Source: Eledone cirrhosa (lineage: Eukaryota). From it: a stretch of DNA of 64,000 bases. Below are positions 39,001 to 53,400 of the stretch, in pieces. The first letter of the stretch is position 1, and each line of letters starts with the position of its first letter. The stretch lies in contig OZ024746.1 of NCBI GenBank assembly GCA_964016885.1, positions 50,468,001 through 50,532,000 of the forward strand. The letters run 5' to 3'. Position numbers and translations under genes: made by a program. The notes under the pieces are model-generated. The model was not told where the DNA came from, ran no database searches, and worked only from the letters and a program-made list of their open reading frames with translations.

Positions 39001-41340
39001 GTAAAATGATCAATTTGTGAAAAACCGAAAAAAATCAATTTTAGAAATCAGAAGTAAATATTTTGAAATGTATAAAAATATTGATTATTTTAGGTTTTTC
39101 ACAAATTGATCATTTTACACAGTATTTCGAAAAATTGTTTTTTTTCAGAAAAGATTGATTTTTTTCTTTCGAAATATATACTTTCTGATTTCGAAAATTG
39201 ATATATATTTTGTATTTTTCAAAAATTTTTCAACGTGTCGAAACACAATGTATAAACGCATTATTTTGAAAAAAAACATTTTTTCCAAATATTGTGTAAA
39301 GTGATCAATTTGTGAAAAACCTAAAAATATCAATTTTAGATACCAGAACTAAATATTTCGAAATGTATAAAAAAATTGATTATTTTAGGTTTTTCACAAA
39401 TTGATCATTTTACACAGTATTTCGAAAAATTGTTTTTTTTCAGAAAAGATTGATTTTTTTTCTTTCGAAATATATACTTTCTGATTTCAAAAATTGATAT
39501 ATATTTTGTATTTTTCAAAAATTTTTCAACGTGTCGAAACACAATGCATAAACGCATTTTTTTTAAAAAAAACATTTTTTCTAAATACTTTGTAAAATGA
39601 TCGATTTGTGAAAAACCCCAAAAAATAAATTTTAGATATCAGAAGTAAATATTTCGATGAATAAACGCATTTTTTTGAAAAAAAACATTTCATCCAAAAA
39701 GTGATCAATTTATGAAAAACCTAAAAATATCAATTTTAGAAATCAGAAGTAAATATTTCGAAAAGTATAAAAAAATTGATTATTTTAGGTTTTTCACAAA
39801 ATGATCAATTTGTGAAAAACCTAAAAATATCAATTTTAGATACCAGAAGTAAATATTTCGAAATGTATAAAAAAATTGATTATTTTAGGTTTTTCACAAA
39901 TTGATCATTTTACACAGTATTTCGAAAAATTGTTTTTTTTCAAAAAAGTGATTTTTTTTCGATTTCGAAAATTGATATGTATTTTGTATTTTTCAAAAAT
40001 TTTTCAACGTGTCGAAACACAACGTATAAACGCATTTTTTTTAAAAAAAACATTTTTTCTAAATATTGTGTAAAGGTGAAAAACCTAAAAAAATCAATTT
40101 TAGATATCAGAAGTAAATATTTCGAAATGTATAAAAAAATTGATTATTTTAGGTTTTTCACAAATTCATCATTTTACACAGTATTTCGAAAAATTGTTTT
40201 TTTTCAGAAAAGTTTGATTATTTTCGATTTAGAAAATTGATATATATTTTGTATTTTTCAAAAGTTTTTCAACGTGTCGAAACACAATGTATAAACGCAT
40301 TTTTTTAAAAAAAAACATTTTTTCTAAATATTGTGTAAAGTGATCGATTTGTGAAAAACCCAAAAAAATCAATTTTAGATATCAGAAGTAAATATTTCGA
40401 AATGTATAAAAAAATTGATTATTTTAGGTTTTTCACAAATTGATCATTTTACACAGTATTTCGAAAAATTGTTTTTTTTCAAAAAAGTGATTTTTTTTCG
40501 ATTTCGAAAATCGATATGTATTTTGTATTTTTCAAAAATTTTTCAACGTGTCGAAACACAACATATAAACGCATTTTTTAAAAAAAAAACATTTTTTCTA
40601 AATATTGTGTAAAGGTGAAAAACCTAAAAAAATCAATTTTAGATATCAGAAGTAAATATTTCGAAATGTATAAAAAAATTGATTATTTTAGGTTTTTCAC
40701 AAATTGATCATTTTACACAGTATTTCGAAAAATTGTTTTTTTTCAAAAAAGTTTGATTATTTTAGGTTTTTCACAAATTGATCATTTTACACAGTATTTC
40801 GAAAAATTGTTTTTTTTCAAAAAAGTGATTTTTTTTCGATTTCGAAAATTGATATGTATTTTGTATTTTTCAATAATTTTTCAGTGTCGAAACACGATAA
40901 AAAACATTTTTTCTAAAAATGATCAATTTGTGAAAAACCGAAAAAAATCAATTTTAGAAATCAGAAGTAAATATTTCGAAATGTATAAAAAAATTGATTA
41001 TTTTAGGTTTTTCACAAATTGATCATTTTACACAGTATTTCGAAAAATTGTTTTTATTCAGAAAAGATTGAATTTTTATCTTTCTGATTTCGAAAATTGA
41101 TATATATTTTTTATTTTTCAAAAATTTTTCAACGTGTCGAAACACAATGTATAAACGCATTTTTTGGAAAAAAAACATTTTTTCCAAATACTGTGTAAAA
41201 TGATCAATTTGTGAAAAACCGAAAAAAATCAATTTTAGAAATCAGAAGTAAATATTTCTAAATGTATAAAAAATTGATTATTTTAGGTTTTTCACAAATT
41301 GATCATTTTACACAGTATTTCGAAAAATTGTTTTTTTTCA
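25600..41340 (+). repeat. Near-tandem higher-order duplication ~25.6-32.95 kb vs ~33.4-41.34 kb (offset ~7810, then 8381)
   Basis: ORF pairs 25650/33464, 27940/35750, 28428/36238, 28843/37224, 31145/39526 and 32642/41023. The 571-bp jump equals 295+276. Confidence 0.87.
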
Positions 41341-44300
41341 AAAAAGTGATTTTTTTTCGATTTCGAAAATTGATATGTATTTTGTATTTTTCAATAATTT
41401 TTCAAAGTGTCGAAACACGATAAAAAACATTTTTTCTAAAAATGATCAATTTGTGAAAAACCGAAAAAAATCAATTTTAGAAATCAGAAGTAAATATTTC
41501 GAAATGTATAAAAAAATTGATTATTTTAGGTTTTTCACAAATTGATCATTTTACGCAGTATTTCGAAAAATTGTTTTTTTTCAAAAAAGTGATTTTTTTT
41601 CGATTTCGAAAATTGATATGTATTTTGTATTTTTCAAAAATTTTTCAACGTGTCGAAAAACAACGTATAAACGCATTTTTAAAAAAAAAAACATTTTTTC
41701 TAAATATTGTGTAAAGGTGAAAAACCTAAAAAAATCAATTTTAGATATCAGAAGTAAATATTTCGAAATGTATAAAAAAATTGATTATTTTAGGTTTTTC
41801 ACAAATTGATCATTTTACACAGTACTTCGAAAAATTGTTTTTTTTCAAAAAAGTTTGATTTTTTTTCGATTTCGAAAATTGATATATATTCTGTATTTTT
41901 CAAAAATTTTTCAACGTGTCGAAACACAATGTAAAAACGCATATTTTTGAAAAAAAACATTTTTTCCAAATACTGTGTAAAATGATCAATTTGTGAAAAA
42001 CCGAAAAAAATCAATTTTAGAAATCAGAAGTAAATATTTTGAAATGTATAAAAATATTGATTATTTTAGGTTTTTCACAAATTGATCATTTTACACAGTA
42101 TTTCGAAAAATTGTTTTTTTTCAGAAAAGATTGATTTTTTTCTTTCGAAATATATACTTTCTGATTTCGAAAATTGATATATATTTTGTATTTTTCAAAA
42201 ATTTTTCAACGTGTCGAAACGCATTATTTTGAAAAAAAACATTTTTTCCAAATATTGTGTAAAGTGATCAATTTGTGAAAAACCTAAAAATATCAATTTT
42301 AGATACCAGAACTAAATATTTCGAAATGTATAAAAAAATTGATTATTTTAGGTTTTTCACAAATTGATCATTTTACACAGTATTTCGAAAAATTGTTTTT
42401 TTTCAGAAAAGATTGATTTTTTTTCTTTCGAAATATATACTTTCTGATTTCAAAAATTGATATATATTTTGTATTTTTCAAAAATTTTTCAACGTGTCGA
42501 AACACAATGCATAAACGCATTTTTTTTAAAAAAAACATTTTTTCTAAATACTTTGTAAAATGATCGATTTGTGAAAAACCCCAAAAAATAAATTTTAGAT
42601 ATCAGAAGTAAATATTTCGATGAATAAACGCATTTTTTTGAAAAAAAAATTTCATCCAAAAAGTGATCAATTTATGAAAAACCTAAAAATATCAATTTTA
42701 GAAATCAGAAGTAAATATTTCGAAAAGTATAAAAAAATTGATTATTTTAGGTTTTTCACAAAATGATCAATTTGTGCAAAACCGAAAAAAATCAATTTTA
42801 GAAATCTGAAGTAAATATTTCGAAATGTATAAAAAATTGATTATTTTAGGTTTTTCACAAATTGATCATTTTACACAGTATTTCGAAAAATTGTTTTTTT
42901 TCAGAAAAGTTTGATTTATTTTCGATTTCGAAAATTGATATATATTTTGTATTTTTCAAAAATTTTTCAACGTGCCGAAACACAATGTAAAAACGCATAT
43001 TTTTGAAAAAAAACATTTTTTCCAAATACTGTGTAAAATGATCAATTTGTGAAAAACCGATTTCGAAAATTGATATATATTTTGTATTTTTCAAAAATTT
43101 TGCGTGTCGAAACACGATGTATAAACGCATTTTTTTAAAAAAAAAACATTTTTTCTAAAAATGATCAATTTGTGAAAAACCGAAAAAAATCAATTTTAGA
43201 AATCAGAAGTAAATATTTCGAAATGTATAAAAAAATTGATTATTTTAGGTTTTTCACAAATTGATTATTTTAAAATTGTTTTTTTTCAGAAAAGATTGAT
43301 TTTTTTTCTTTCGAAATATATACTTTCTGATTTCGAAAATTGATATATATTTTGTATTTTTCAAAAATTTTTCAACGTGTCGAAACACAATGTATAAACG
43401 CATTATTTTGAAAAAAAACATTTTTTCCAAATATTGTGTAAAGTGATCAATTTGTGAAAAACCTAAAAATATCAATTTTAGATACCAGAAGTAAATATTT
43501 CGAAATGTATAAAAAAATTGATTATTTTAGGTTTTTCACAAATTGATCATTTTACACAGTATTTCGAAAAATTGTTTTTTTTCAAAAAAGTTTGATTTCT
43601 TTTCGATTACGAAAATTGATATATATTTTGTATTTTTCAAAAATTTTTCAACGTGTCGAAACACAATGTATAAACGCATTATTTTGAAAAAAAACATTTT
43701 TTCCAAATATTGTGTAAAGTGATCAATTTGTGAAAAACCTAAAAATATCAATTTTAGATACCAGAAGTAAATATTTCGAAATGTATAAAAAAATTGATTA
43801 TTTTAGGTTTTTCACAAATTCATCATTTTACACAGTATTTCGAAAAATTGTTTTTTTTCAAAAAAGTTTGATTTTTTTTCGATTTCGAAAATTGATATAT
43901 ATTTTGTATTTTTCAAAAATTTTTCAACGTGTCGAAACAATGTATAAACGCATTTTTTTAAAAAAAAACATTTTTTCTAAATACTGTGTAAAATGATCAA
44001 TTTGTGAAAAACCGAAAAAAATCAATTTTAGAAATCTGAAGTAAATATTTCGAAATGTATAAAAAATTGATTATTTTAGGTTTTTCACAAATTGATCATT
44101 TTACACAGTATTTCGAAAAATTGTTTTTTTTCAGAAAAGTTTGATTTATTTTCGATTTAGAAAATTGATATATATTTTGTATTTTTCAAAAGTTTTTCAA
44201 CGTGTCGAAACACAATGTATAAACGCATTTTTTAAAAAAAAAACATTTTTTCTAAATATTGTGTAAAGTGATCGATTTGTGAAAAACCCAAAAAAATCAA

Positions 44301-45075
44301 TTTTAGATATCAGAAGTAAATATTTCGAAATGTATAAAAAAATTAATTATTTTAGGTTTTTCACAAATTGATCATTTTACACAGTATTTCGAAAAATTGT
44401 TTTTTTTCAAAAAAGTGATTTTTTTTCGATTTCGAAAATTGATATGTATTTTGTATTTTTCAATAATTTTTCAAAGTGTCGAAACACGATAAAAAACATT
44501 TTTTCTAAAAATGATCAATTTGTGAAAAACCGAAAAAAATCAATTTTAGAAATCAGAAGTAAATATTTCGAAATGTATAAAAAAATTGATTATTTTAGGT
44601 TTTTCACAAATTGATCATTTTACGCAGTATTTCGAAAAATTGTTTTTTTTCAAAAAAGTGATTTTTTTTCGATTTCGAAAATTGATATGTATTTTGTATT
44701 TTTCAAAAATTTTTCAACGTGTCGAAAAACAACGTATAAACGCATTTTTAAAAAAAAAAACATTTTTTCTAAATATTGTGTAAAGGTGAAAAACCTAAAA
44801 AAATCAATTTTAGATATCTGAAGTAAATATTTCGAAATGTATAAAAAAATTGATTATTTTAGGTTTTTCACAGTACTTCGAAAAATTGTTTTTTTTCAAA
44901 AAAGTTTGATTTTTTTTCGATTTCGAAAATTGATATATATTCTGTATTTTTCAAAAATTTTTCAACGTGTCGAAACACAATGTAAAAACGCATATTTTTG
45001 AAAAAAAACATTTTTTCCAAATACTGTGTAAAATGATCAATTTGTGAAAAACCGAAAAAAATCAATTTTAGAAAT

Positions 45076-45370
45076 CAGAAGTAAATATTTTGAAATGTAT
45101 AAAAATATTGATTATTTTAGGTTTTTCACAAATTGATCATTTTACACAGTATTTCGAAAAATTGTTTTTTTTCAGAAAAGATTGATTTTTTTCTTTCGAA
45201 ATATATACTTTCTGATTTCGAAAATTGATATATATTTTGTATTTTTCAAAAATTTTTCAACGTGTCGAAACACAATGTATAAACGCATTATTTTGAAAAA
45301 AAACATTTTTTCCAAATATTGTGTAAAGTGATCAATTTGTGAAAAACCTAAAAATATCAATTTTAGATAC
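45076..45370 (+). repeat. Long monomer class (295/296 bp), example
   Basis: Carries an extra ~20 bp (TTTCGAAATATATACTTTCT) in the long spacer. Anchor-to-anchor distances 45076-45371-45667 are 295 and 296. Confidence 0.9.
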
Positions 45371-47463
45371 CAGAACTAAATATTTCGAAATGTATAAAAA
45401 AATTGATTATTTTAGGTTTTTCACAAATTGATCATTTTACACAGTATTTCGAAAAATTGTTTTTTTTCAGAAAAGATTGATTTTTTTTCTTTCGAAATAT
45501 ATACTTTCTGATTTCAAAAATTGATATATATTTTGTATTTTTCAAAAATTTTTCAACGTGTCGAAACACAATGCATAAACGCATTTTTTTTAAAAAAAAC
45601 ATTTTTTCTAAATACTTTGTAAAATGATCGATTTGTGAAAAACCCCAAAAAATAAATTTTAGAAATCAGAAGTAAATATTTCGATGAATAAACGCATTTT
45701 TTTGAAAAAAAACATTTCATCCAAAAAGTGATCAATTTATGAAAAACCTAAAAATATCAATTTTAGAAATCAGAAGTAAATATTTCGAAAAGTATAAAAA
45801 AATTGATTATTTTAGGTTTTTCACAAAATGATCAATTTGTGCAAAACCAAAAAAAATCAATTTTAGATATCAGAAGTAAATATTTCGAAATGTATAAAAA
45901 AATTGATTATTTTAGGTTTTTCACAAATTGATCATTTTACACAGTATTTCGAAAAATTGTTTTTTTTCAAAAAAGTTTGATTTTTTTTCGATTTCGAAAA
46001 TTGATATATATTTTGTATTTTTCAAAAATTTTTCAGCGTGCCGAAACACAATGTAAAAACGCATATTTTTGAAAAAAAACATTTTTTCCAAATACTGTGT
46101 AAAATGATCAATTTGTGAAAAACCGATTTCGAAAATTGATATATATTTTGTATTTTTCAAAAATTTTGCGTGTCGAAACACGATGTATAAACGCATTTTT
46201 TTAAAAAAAAAACATTTTTTCTAAAAATGATCAATTTGTGAAAAACCGAAAAAAATCAATTTTAGAAATCAGAAGTAAATATTTCGAAATGTATAAAAAA
46301 ATTGATTATTTTAGGTTTTTCACAAATTGATCATTTTACACAGTATTTCGAAAAATTGTTTTTTTTCAGAAAAGATTGATTTTTTTCTTTCGAAATATAT
46401 ACTTTCTGATTTCGAAAATTGATATATATTTTGTATTTTTCAAAAATTTTTCAACGTGTCGAAACACAATGTATAAACGCATTATTTTGAAAAAAAACAT
46501 TTTTTCCAAATATTGTGTAAAGTGATCAATTTGTGAAAAACCTAAAAATATCAATTTTAGATACCAGAACTAAATATTTCGAAATGTATAAAAAAATTGA
46601 TTATTTTAGGTTTTTCACAAATTGATCATTTTACACAGTATTTCGAAAAATTGTTTTTTTTCAGAAAAGATTGATTTTTTTTCTTTCGAAATATATACTT
46701 TCTGATTTCAAAAATTGATATATATTTTGTATTTTTCAAAAATTTTTCAACGTGTCGAAACACAATGCATAAACGCATTTTTTTTAAAAAAAACATTTTT
46801 TCTAAATACTTTGTAAAATAATCGATTTGTGAAAAACCCCAAAAAATAAATTTTAGATATCAGAAGTAAATATTTCGATGAATAAACGCATTTTTTTGAA
46901 AAAAAACATTTCATCCAAAAAGTGATCAATTTATGAAAAACCTAAAAATATCAATTTTAGAAATCAGAAGTAAATATTTCGAAAAGTATAAAAAAATTGA
47001 TTATTTTAGGTTTTTCACAAAATGATCAATTTGTGCAAAACCCAAAAAAATCAATTTTAGATATCAGAAGTAAATATTTCGAAATGTATAAAAAAATTGA
47101 TTATTTTAGGTTTTTCACAAATTGATCATTTTACACAGTATTTCGAAAAATTGTTTTTTTTCAAAAAAGTTTGATTTTTTTTCGATTTCGAAAATTGATA
47201 TATATTTTGTATTTTTCAAAAATTTTTCAGCGTGCCGAAACACAATGTAAAAACGCATATTTTTGAAAAAAAACATTTTTTCCAAATACTGTGTAAAATG
47301 ATCAATTTGTGAAAAACCGATTTCGAAAATTGATATATATTTTGTATTTTTCAAAAATTTTGCGTGTCGAAACACGATGTATAAACGCATTTTTTAAAAA
47401 AAAAAACATTTTTTCTAAAAATGATCAATTTGTGAAAAACCGAAAAAAATCAATTTTAGAAAT
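45076..47463 (+). repeat. 1194-bp higher-order unit (295+296+104+100+399), two tandem copies; tandem pairs also at ~50.3-52.7 kb and ~58.4-60.8 kb
   Basis: Anchors at 45076, 45371, 45667, 45771, 45871 and 46270. ORF offsets of 1194: 45172/46366, 45553/46747, 45921/47115, 50389/51583/52777, 58538/59732/60926. Confidence 0.92.
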
Positions 47464-50400
47464 CAGAAGTAAATATTTCGAAATGTATAAAAAAATTGAT
47501 TATTTTAGGTTTTTCACAAATTGATTATTTTAAAATTGTTTTTTTTCAGAAAAGATTGATTTTTTTTCTTTCGAAATATATACTTTCTGATTTCGAAAAT
47601 TGATATATATTTTGTATTTTTCAAAAATTTTTCAACGTGTCGAAACACAATGTATAAACGCATTATTTTGAAAAAAAACATTTTTTCCAAATATTGTGTA
47701 AAGTGATCAATTTGTGAAAAACCTAAAAATATCAATTTTAGATACCAGAAGTAAATATTTCGAAATGTATAAAAAAATTGATTATTTTAGGTTTTTCACA
47801 AATTGATCATTTTACACAGTATTTCGAAAAATTGTTTTTTTTCAAAAAAGTTTGATTTTTTTTCGATTACGAAAATTGATATATATTTTGTATTTTTCAA
47901 AAATTTTTCAACGTGTCGAAACACAATGTATAAACGCATTATTTTGAAAAAAAACATTTTTTCCAAATATTGTGTAAAGTGATCAATTTGTGAAAAACCT
48001 AAAAATATCAATTTTAGATACCAGAAGTAAATATTTCGAAATGTATAAAAAAATTGATTATTTTAGGTTTTTCACAAATTCATCATTTTACACAGTATTT
48101 CGAAAAATTGTTTTTTTTCGAAAAAGTTTGATTTTTTTTCGATTTCGAAAATTGATATATATTTTGTATTTTTCAAAAATTTTTCAACGTGTCGAAACAA
48201 TGTATAAACGCATTTTTTTTAAAAAAAACATTTTTTCTAAATACTGTGTAAAATGATCAATTTGTGAAAAACCGAAAAAAATCAATTTTAGAAACCTGAA
48301 GTAAATATTTCGAAATGTATAAAAAATTGATTATTTTAGGTTTTTCACAAATTGATCATTTTACACAGTATTTCGAAAAATTGTTTTTTTTCAGAAAAGT
48401 TTGATTTATTTTCGATTTCGAAAATTGATATATATTTTGTATTTTTCAAAAATTTTTCAACGTGCCGAAACACAATGTAAAAACGCATATTTTTGAAAAA
48501 AAACATTTTTTCCAAATACTGTGTAAAATGATCAATTTGTGAAAAACCGATTTCGAAAATTGATATATATTTTGTATTTTTCAAAAATTTTGCGTGTCGA
48601 AACACGATGTATAAACGCATTTTTTTAAAAAAAAAACATTTTTTCTAAAAATGATCAATTTGTGAAAAACCGAAAAAAATCAATTTTAGAAATCAGAAGT
48701 AAATATTTCGAAATGTATAAAAAAATTGATTATTTTAGGTTTTTCACAAATTGATTATTTTAAAATTGTTTTTTTTCAGAAAAGATTGATTTTTTTTCTT
48801 TCGAAATATATACTTTCTGATTTCGAAAATTGATATATATTTTGTATTTTTCAAAAATTTTTCAACGTGTCGAAACACAATGTATAAACGCATTATTTTG
48901 AAAAAAAACATTTTTTCCAAATATTGTGTAAAGTGATCAATTTGTGAAAAACCTAAAAATATCAATTTTAGATACCAGAAGTAAATATTTCGAAATGTAT
49001 AAAAAAATTGATTATTTTAGGTTTTTCACAAATTGATCATTTTACACAGTATTTCGAAAAATTGTTTTTTTTCAAAAAAGTTTGATTTCTTTTCGATTAC
49101 GAAAATTGATATATATTTTGTATTTTTCAAAAATTTTTCAACGTGTCGAAACACAATGTATAAACGCATTATTTTGAAAAAAAACATTTTTTCCAAATAT
49201 TGTGTAAAGTGATCAATTTGTGAAAAACCTAAAAATATCAATTTTAGATACCAGAAGTAAATATTTCGAAATGTATAAAAAAATTGATTATTTTAGGTTT
49301 TTCACAAATTCATCATTTTACACAGTATTTCGAAAAATTGTTTTTTTTCAAAAAAGTTTGATTTTTTTTCGATTTCGAAAATTGATATATATTTTGTATT
49401 TTTCAAAAATTTTTCAACGTGTCGAAACACAATGTATAAACGCATTTTTTTAAAAAAAAACATTTTTTCTAAATATTGTGTAAAGTGATCGATTTGTGAA
49501 AAACCCAAAAAAATCAATTTTAGATATCAGAAGTAAATATTTCGAAATGTATAAAAAAATTAATTATTTTAGGTTTTTCACAAATTGATCATTTTACACA
49601 GTATTTCGAAAAATTGTTTTTTTTCAAAAAAGTGATTTTTTTTCGATTTCGAAAATTGATATGTATTTTGTATTTTTCAATAATTTTTCAAAGTGTCGAA
49701 ACACGATAAAAAACATTTTTTCTAAAAATGATCAATTTGTGAAAAACCGAAAAAAATCAATTTTAGAAATCAGAAGTAAATATTTCGAAATGTATAAAAA
49801 AATTGATTATTTTAGGTTTTTCACAAATTGATCATTTTACGCAGTATTTCGAAAAATTGTTTTTTTTCAAAAAAGTGATTTTTTTTCGATTTCGAAAATT
49901 GATATGTATTTTGTATTTTTCAAAAATTTTTCAACGTGTCGAAAAACAACGTATAAACGCATTTTTAAAAAAAAAAACATTTTTTCTAAATATTGTGTAA
50001 AGGTGAAAAACCTAAAAAAATCAATTTTAGATATCAGAAGTAAATATTTCGAAATGTATAAAAAAATTGATTATTTTAGGTTTTTCACAGTACTTCGAAA
50101 AATTGTTTTTTTTCAAAAAAGTTTGATTTTTTTTCGATTTCGAAAATTGATATATATTCTGTATTTTTCAAAAATTTTTCAACGTGTCGAAACACAATGT
50201 AAAAACGCATATTTTTGAAAAAAAACATTTTTTCCAAATACTGTGTAAAATGATCAATTTGTGAAAAACCGAAAAAAATCAATTTTAGAAATCAGAAGTA
50301 AATATTTTGATATGTATAAAAATATTGATTATTTTAGGTTTTTCACAAATTGATCATTTTACACAGTATTTCGAAAAATTGTTTTTTTTCAGAAAAGATT

Positions 50401-53400
50401 GATTTTTTTCTTTCGAAATATATACTTTCTGATTTCGAAAATTGATATATATTTTGTATTTTTCAAAAATTTTTCAACGTGTCGAAACACAATGTATAAA
50501 CGCATTATTTTGAAAAAAAACATTTTTTCCAAATATTGTGTAAAGTGATCAATTTGTGAAAAACCTAAAAATATCAATTTTAGATACCAGAACTAAATAT
50601 TTCGAAATGTATAAAAAAATTGATTATTTTAGGTTTTTCACAAATTGATCATTTTACACAGTATTTCGAAAAATTGTTTTTTTTCAGAAAAGATTGATTT
50701 TTTTTCTTTCGAAATATATACTTTCTGATTTCAAAAATTGATATATATTTTGTATTTTTCAAAAATTTTTCAACGTGTCGAAACACAATGCATAAACGCA
50801 TTTTTTTTAAAAAAAACATTTTTTCTAAATACTTTGTAAAATGATCGATTTGTGAAAAACCCCAAAAAATAAATTTTAGAAATCAGAAGTAAATATTTCG
50901 ATGAATAAACGCATTTTTTTGAAAAAAAACATTTCATCCAAAAAGTGATCAATTTATGAAAAACCTAAAAATATCAATTTTAGAAATCAGAAGTAAATAT
51001 TTCGAAAAGTATAAAAAAATTGATTATTTTAGGTTTTTCACAAAATGATCAATTTGTGCAAAACCAAAAAAAATCAATTTTAGATATCAGAAGTAAATAT
51101 TTCGAAATGTATAAAAAAATTGATTATTTTAGGTTTTTCACAAATTGATCATTTTACACAGTATTTCGAAAAATTGTTTTTTTTCAAAAAAGTTTGATTT
51201 TTTTTCGATTTCGAAAATTGATATATATTTTGTATTTTTCAAAAATTTTTCAGCGTGCCGAAACACAATGTAAAAACGCATATTTTTGAAAAAAAACATT
51301 TTTTCCAAATACTGTGTAAAATGATCAATTTGTGAAAAACCGATTTCGAAAATTGATATATATTTTGTATTTTTCAAAAATTTTGCGTGTCGAAACACGA
51401 TGTATAAACGCATTTTTTTAAAAAAAAAACATTTTTTCTAAAAATGATCAATTTGTGAAAAACCGAAAAAAATCAATTTTAGAAATCAGAAGTAAATATT
51501 TCGAAATGTATAAAAAAATTGATTATTTTAGGTTTTTCACAAATTGATCATTTTACACAGTATTTCGAAAAATTGTTTTTTTTCAGAAAAGATTGATTTT
51601 TTTCTTTCGAAATATATACTTTCTGATTTCGAAAATTGATATATATCTTGTATTTTTCAAAAATTTTTCAACGTGTCGAAACACAATGTATAAACGCATT
51701 ATTTTGAAAAAAAACATTTTTTCCAAATATTGTGTAAAGTGATCAATTTGTGAAAAACCTAAAAATATCAATTTTAGATACCAGAACTAAATATTTCGAA
51801 ATGTATAAAAAAATTGATTATTTTAGGTTTTTCACAAATTGATCATTTTACACAGTATTTCGAAAAATTGTTTTTTTTCAGAAAAGATTGATTTTTTTTC
51901 TTTCGAAATATATACTTTCTGATTTCAAAAATTGATATATATTTTGTATTTTTCAAAAATTTTTCAACGTGTCGAAACACAATGCATAAACGCATTTTTT
52001 TTAAAAAAAACATTTTTTCTAAATACTTTGTAAAATGATCGATTTGTGAAAAACCCCAAAAAATAAATTTTAGATATCAGAAGTAAATATTTCGATGAAT
52101 AAACGCATTTTTTTGAAAAAAAACATTTCATCCAAAAAGTGATCAATTTATGAAAAACCTAAAAATATCAATTTTAGAAATCAGAAGTAAATATTTCGAA
52201 AAGTATAAAAAAATTGATTATTTTAGGTTTTTCACAAAATGATCAATTTGTGCAAAACCAAAAAAAATCAATTTTAGATATCAGAAGTAAATATTTCGAA
52301 ATGTATAAAAAAATTGATTATTTTAGGTTTTTCACAAATTGATCATTTTACACAGTATTTCGAAAAATTGTTTTTTTTCAAAAAAGTTTGATTTTTTTTC
52401 GATTTCGAAAATTGATATATATTTTGTATTTTTCAAAAATTTTTCAGCGTGCCGAAACACAATGTAAAAACGCATATTTTTGAAAAAAAACATTTTTTCC
52501 AAATACTGTGTAAAATGATCAATTTGTGAAAAACCGATTTCGAAAATTGATATATATTTTGTATTTTTCAAAAATTTTGCGTGTCGAAACACGATGTATA
52601 AACGCATTTTTTTAAAAAAAAAACATTTTTTCTAAAAATGATCAATTTGTGAAAAACCGAAAAAAATCAATTTTAGAAATCAGAAGTAAATATTTCGAAA
52701 TGTATAAAAAAATTGATTATTTTAGGTTTTTCACAAATTGATTATTTTACACAGTATTTCGAAAAATTGTTTTTTTTCAGAAAAGATTGATTTTTTTCTT
52801 TCGAAATATATACTTTCTGATTTCGAAAATTGATATATATTTTGTATTTTTCAAAAATTTTTCAACGTGTCGAAACACAATGTATAAACGCATTATTTTG
52901 AAAAAAAACATTTTTTCCAAATATTGTGTAAAGTGATCAATTTGTGAAAAACCTAAAAATATCAATTTTAGATACCAGAACTAAATATTTCGAAATGTAT
53001 AAAAAAATTGATTATTTTAGGTTTTTCACAAATTGATCATTTTACACAGTATTTCGAAAAATTGTTTTTTTTTAAAAAAGTTTGATTTTTTTTCGATTAC
53101 GAAAATTGATATATATTTTGTATTTTTCAAAAATTTTTCAACGTGTCGAAACACAATGTATAAACGCATTATTTTGAAAAAAAACATTTTTTCCAAATAT
53201 TGTGTAAAGTGATCAATTTGTGAAAAACCTAAAAATATCAATTTTAGATACCAGAAGTAAATATTTCGAAATGTATAAAAAAATTGATTATTTTAGGTTT
53301 TTCACAAATTGATCATTTTACGCAGTATTTCGAAAAATTGTTTTTTTTCAAAAAAGTTTGATTTTTTTTCGATTTCGAAAATCGATATATATTCTGTATT

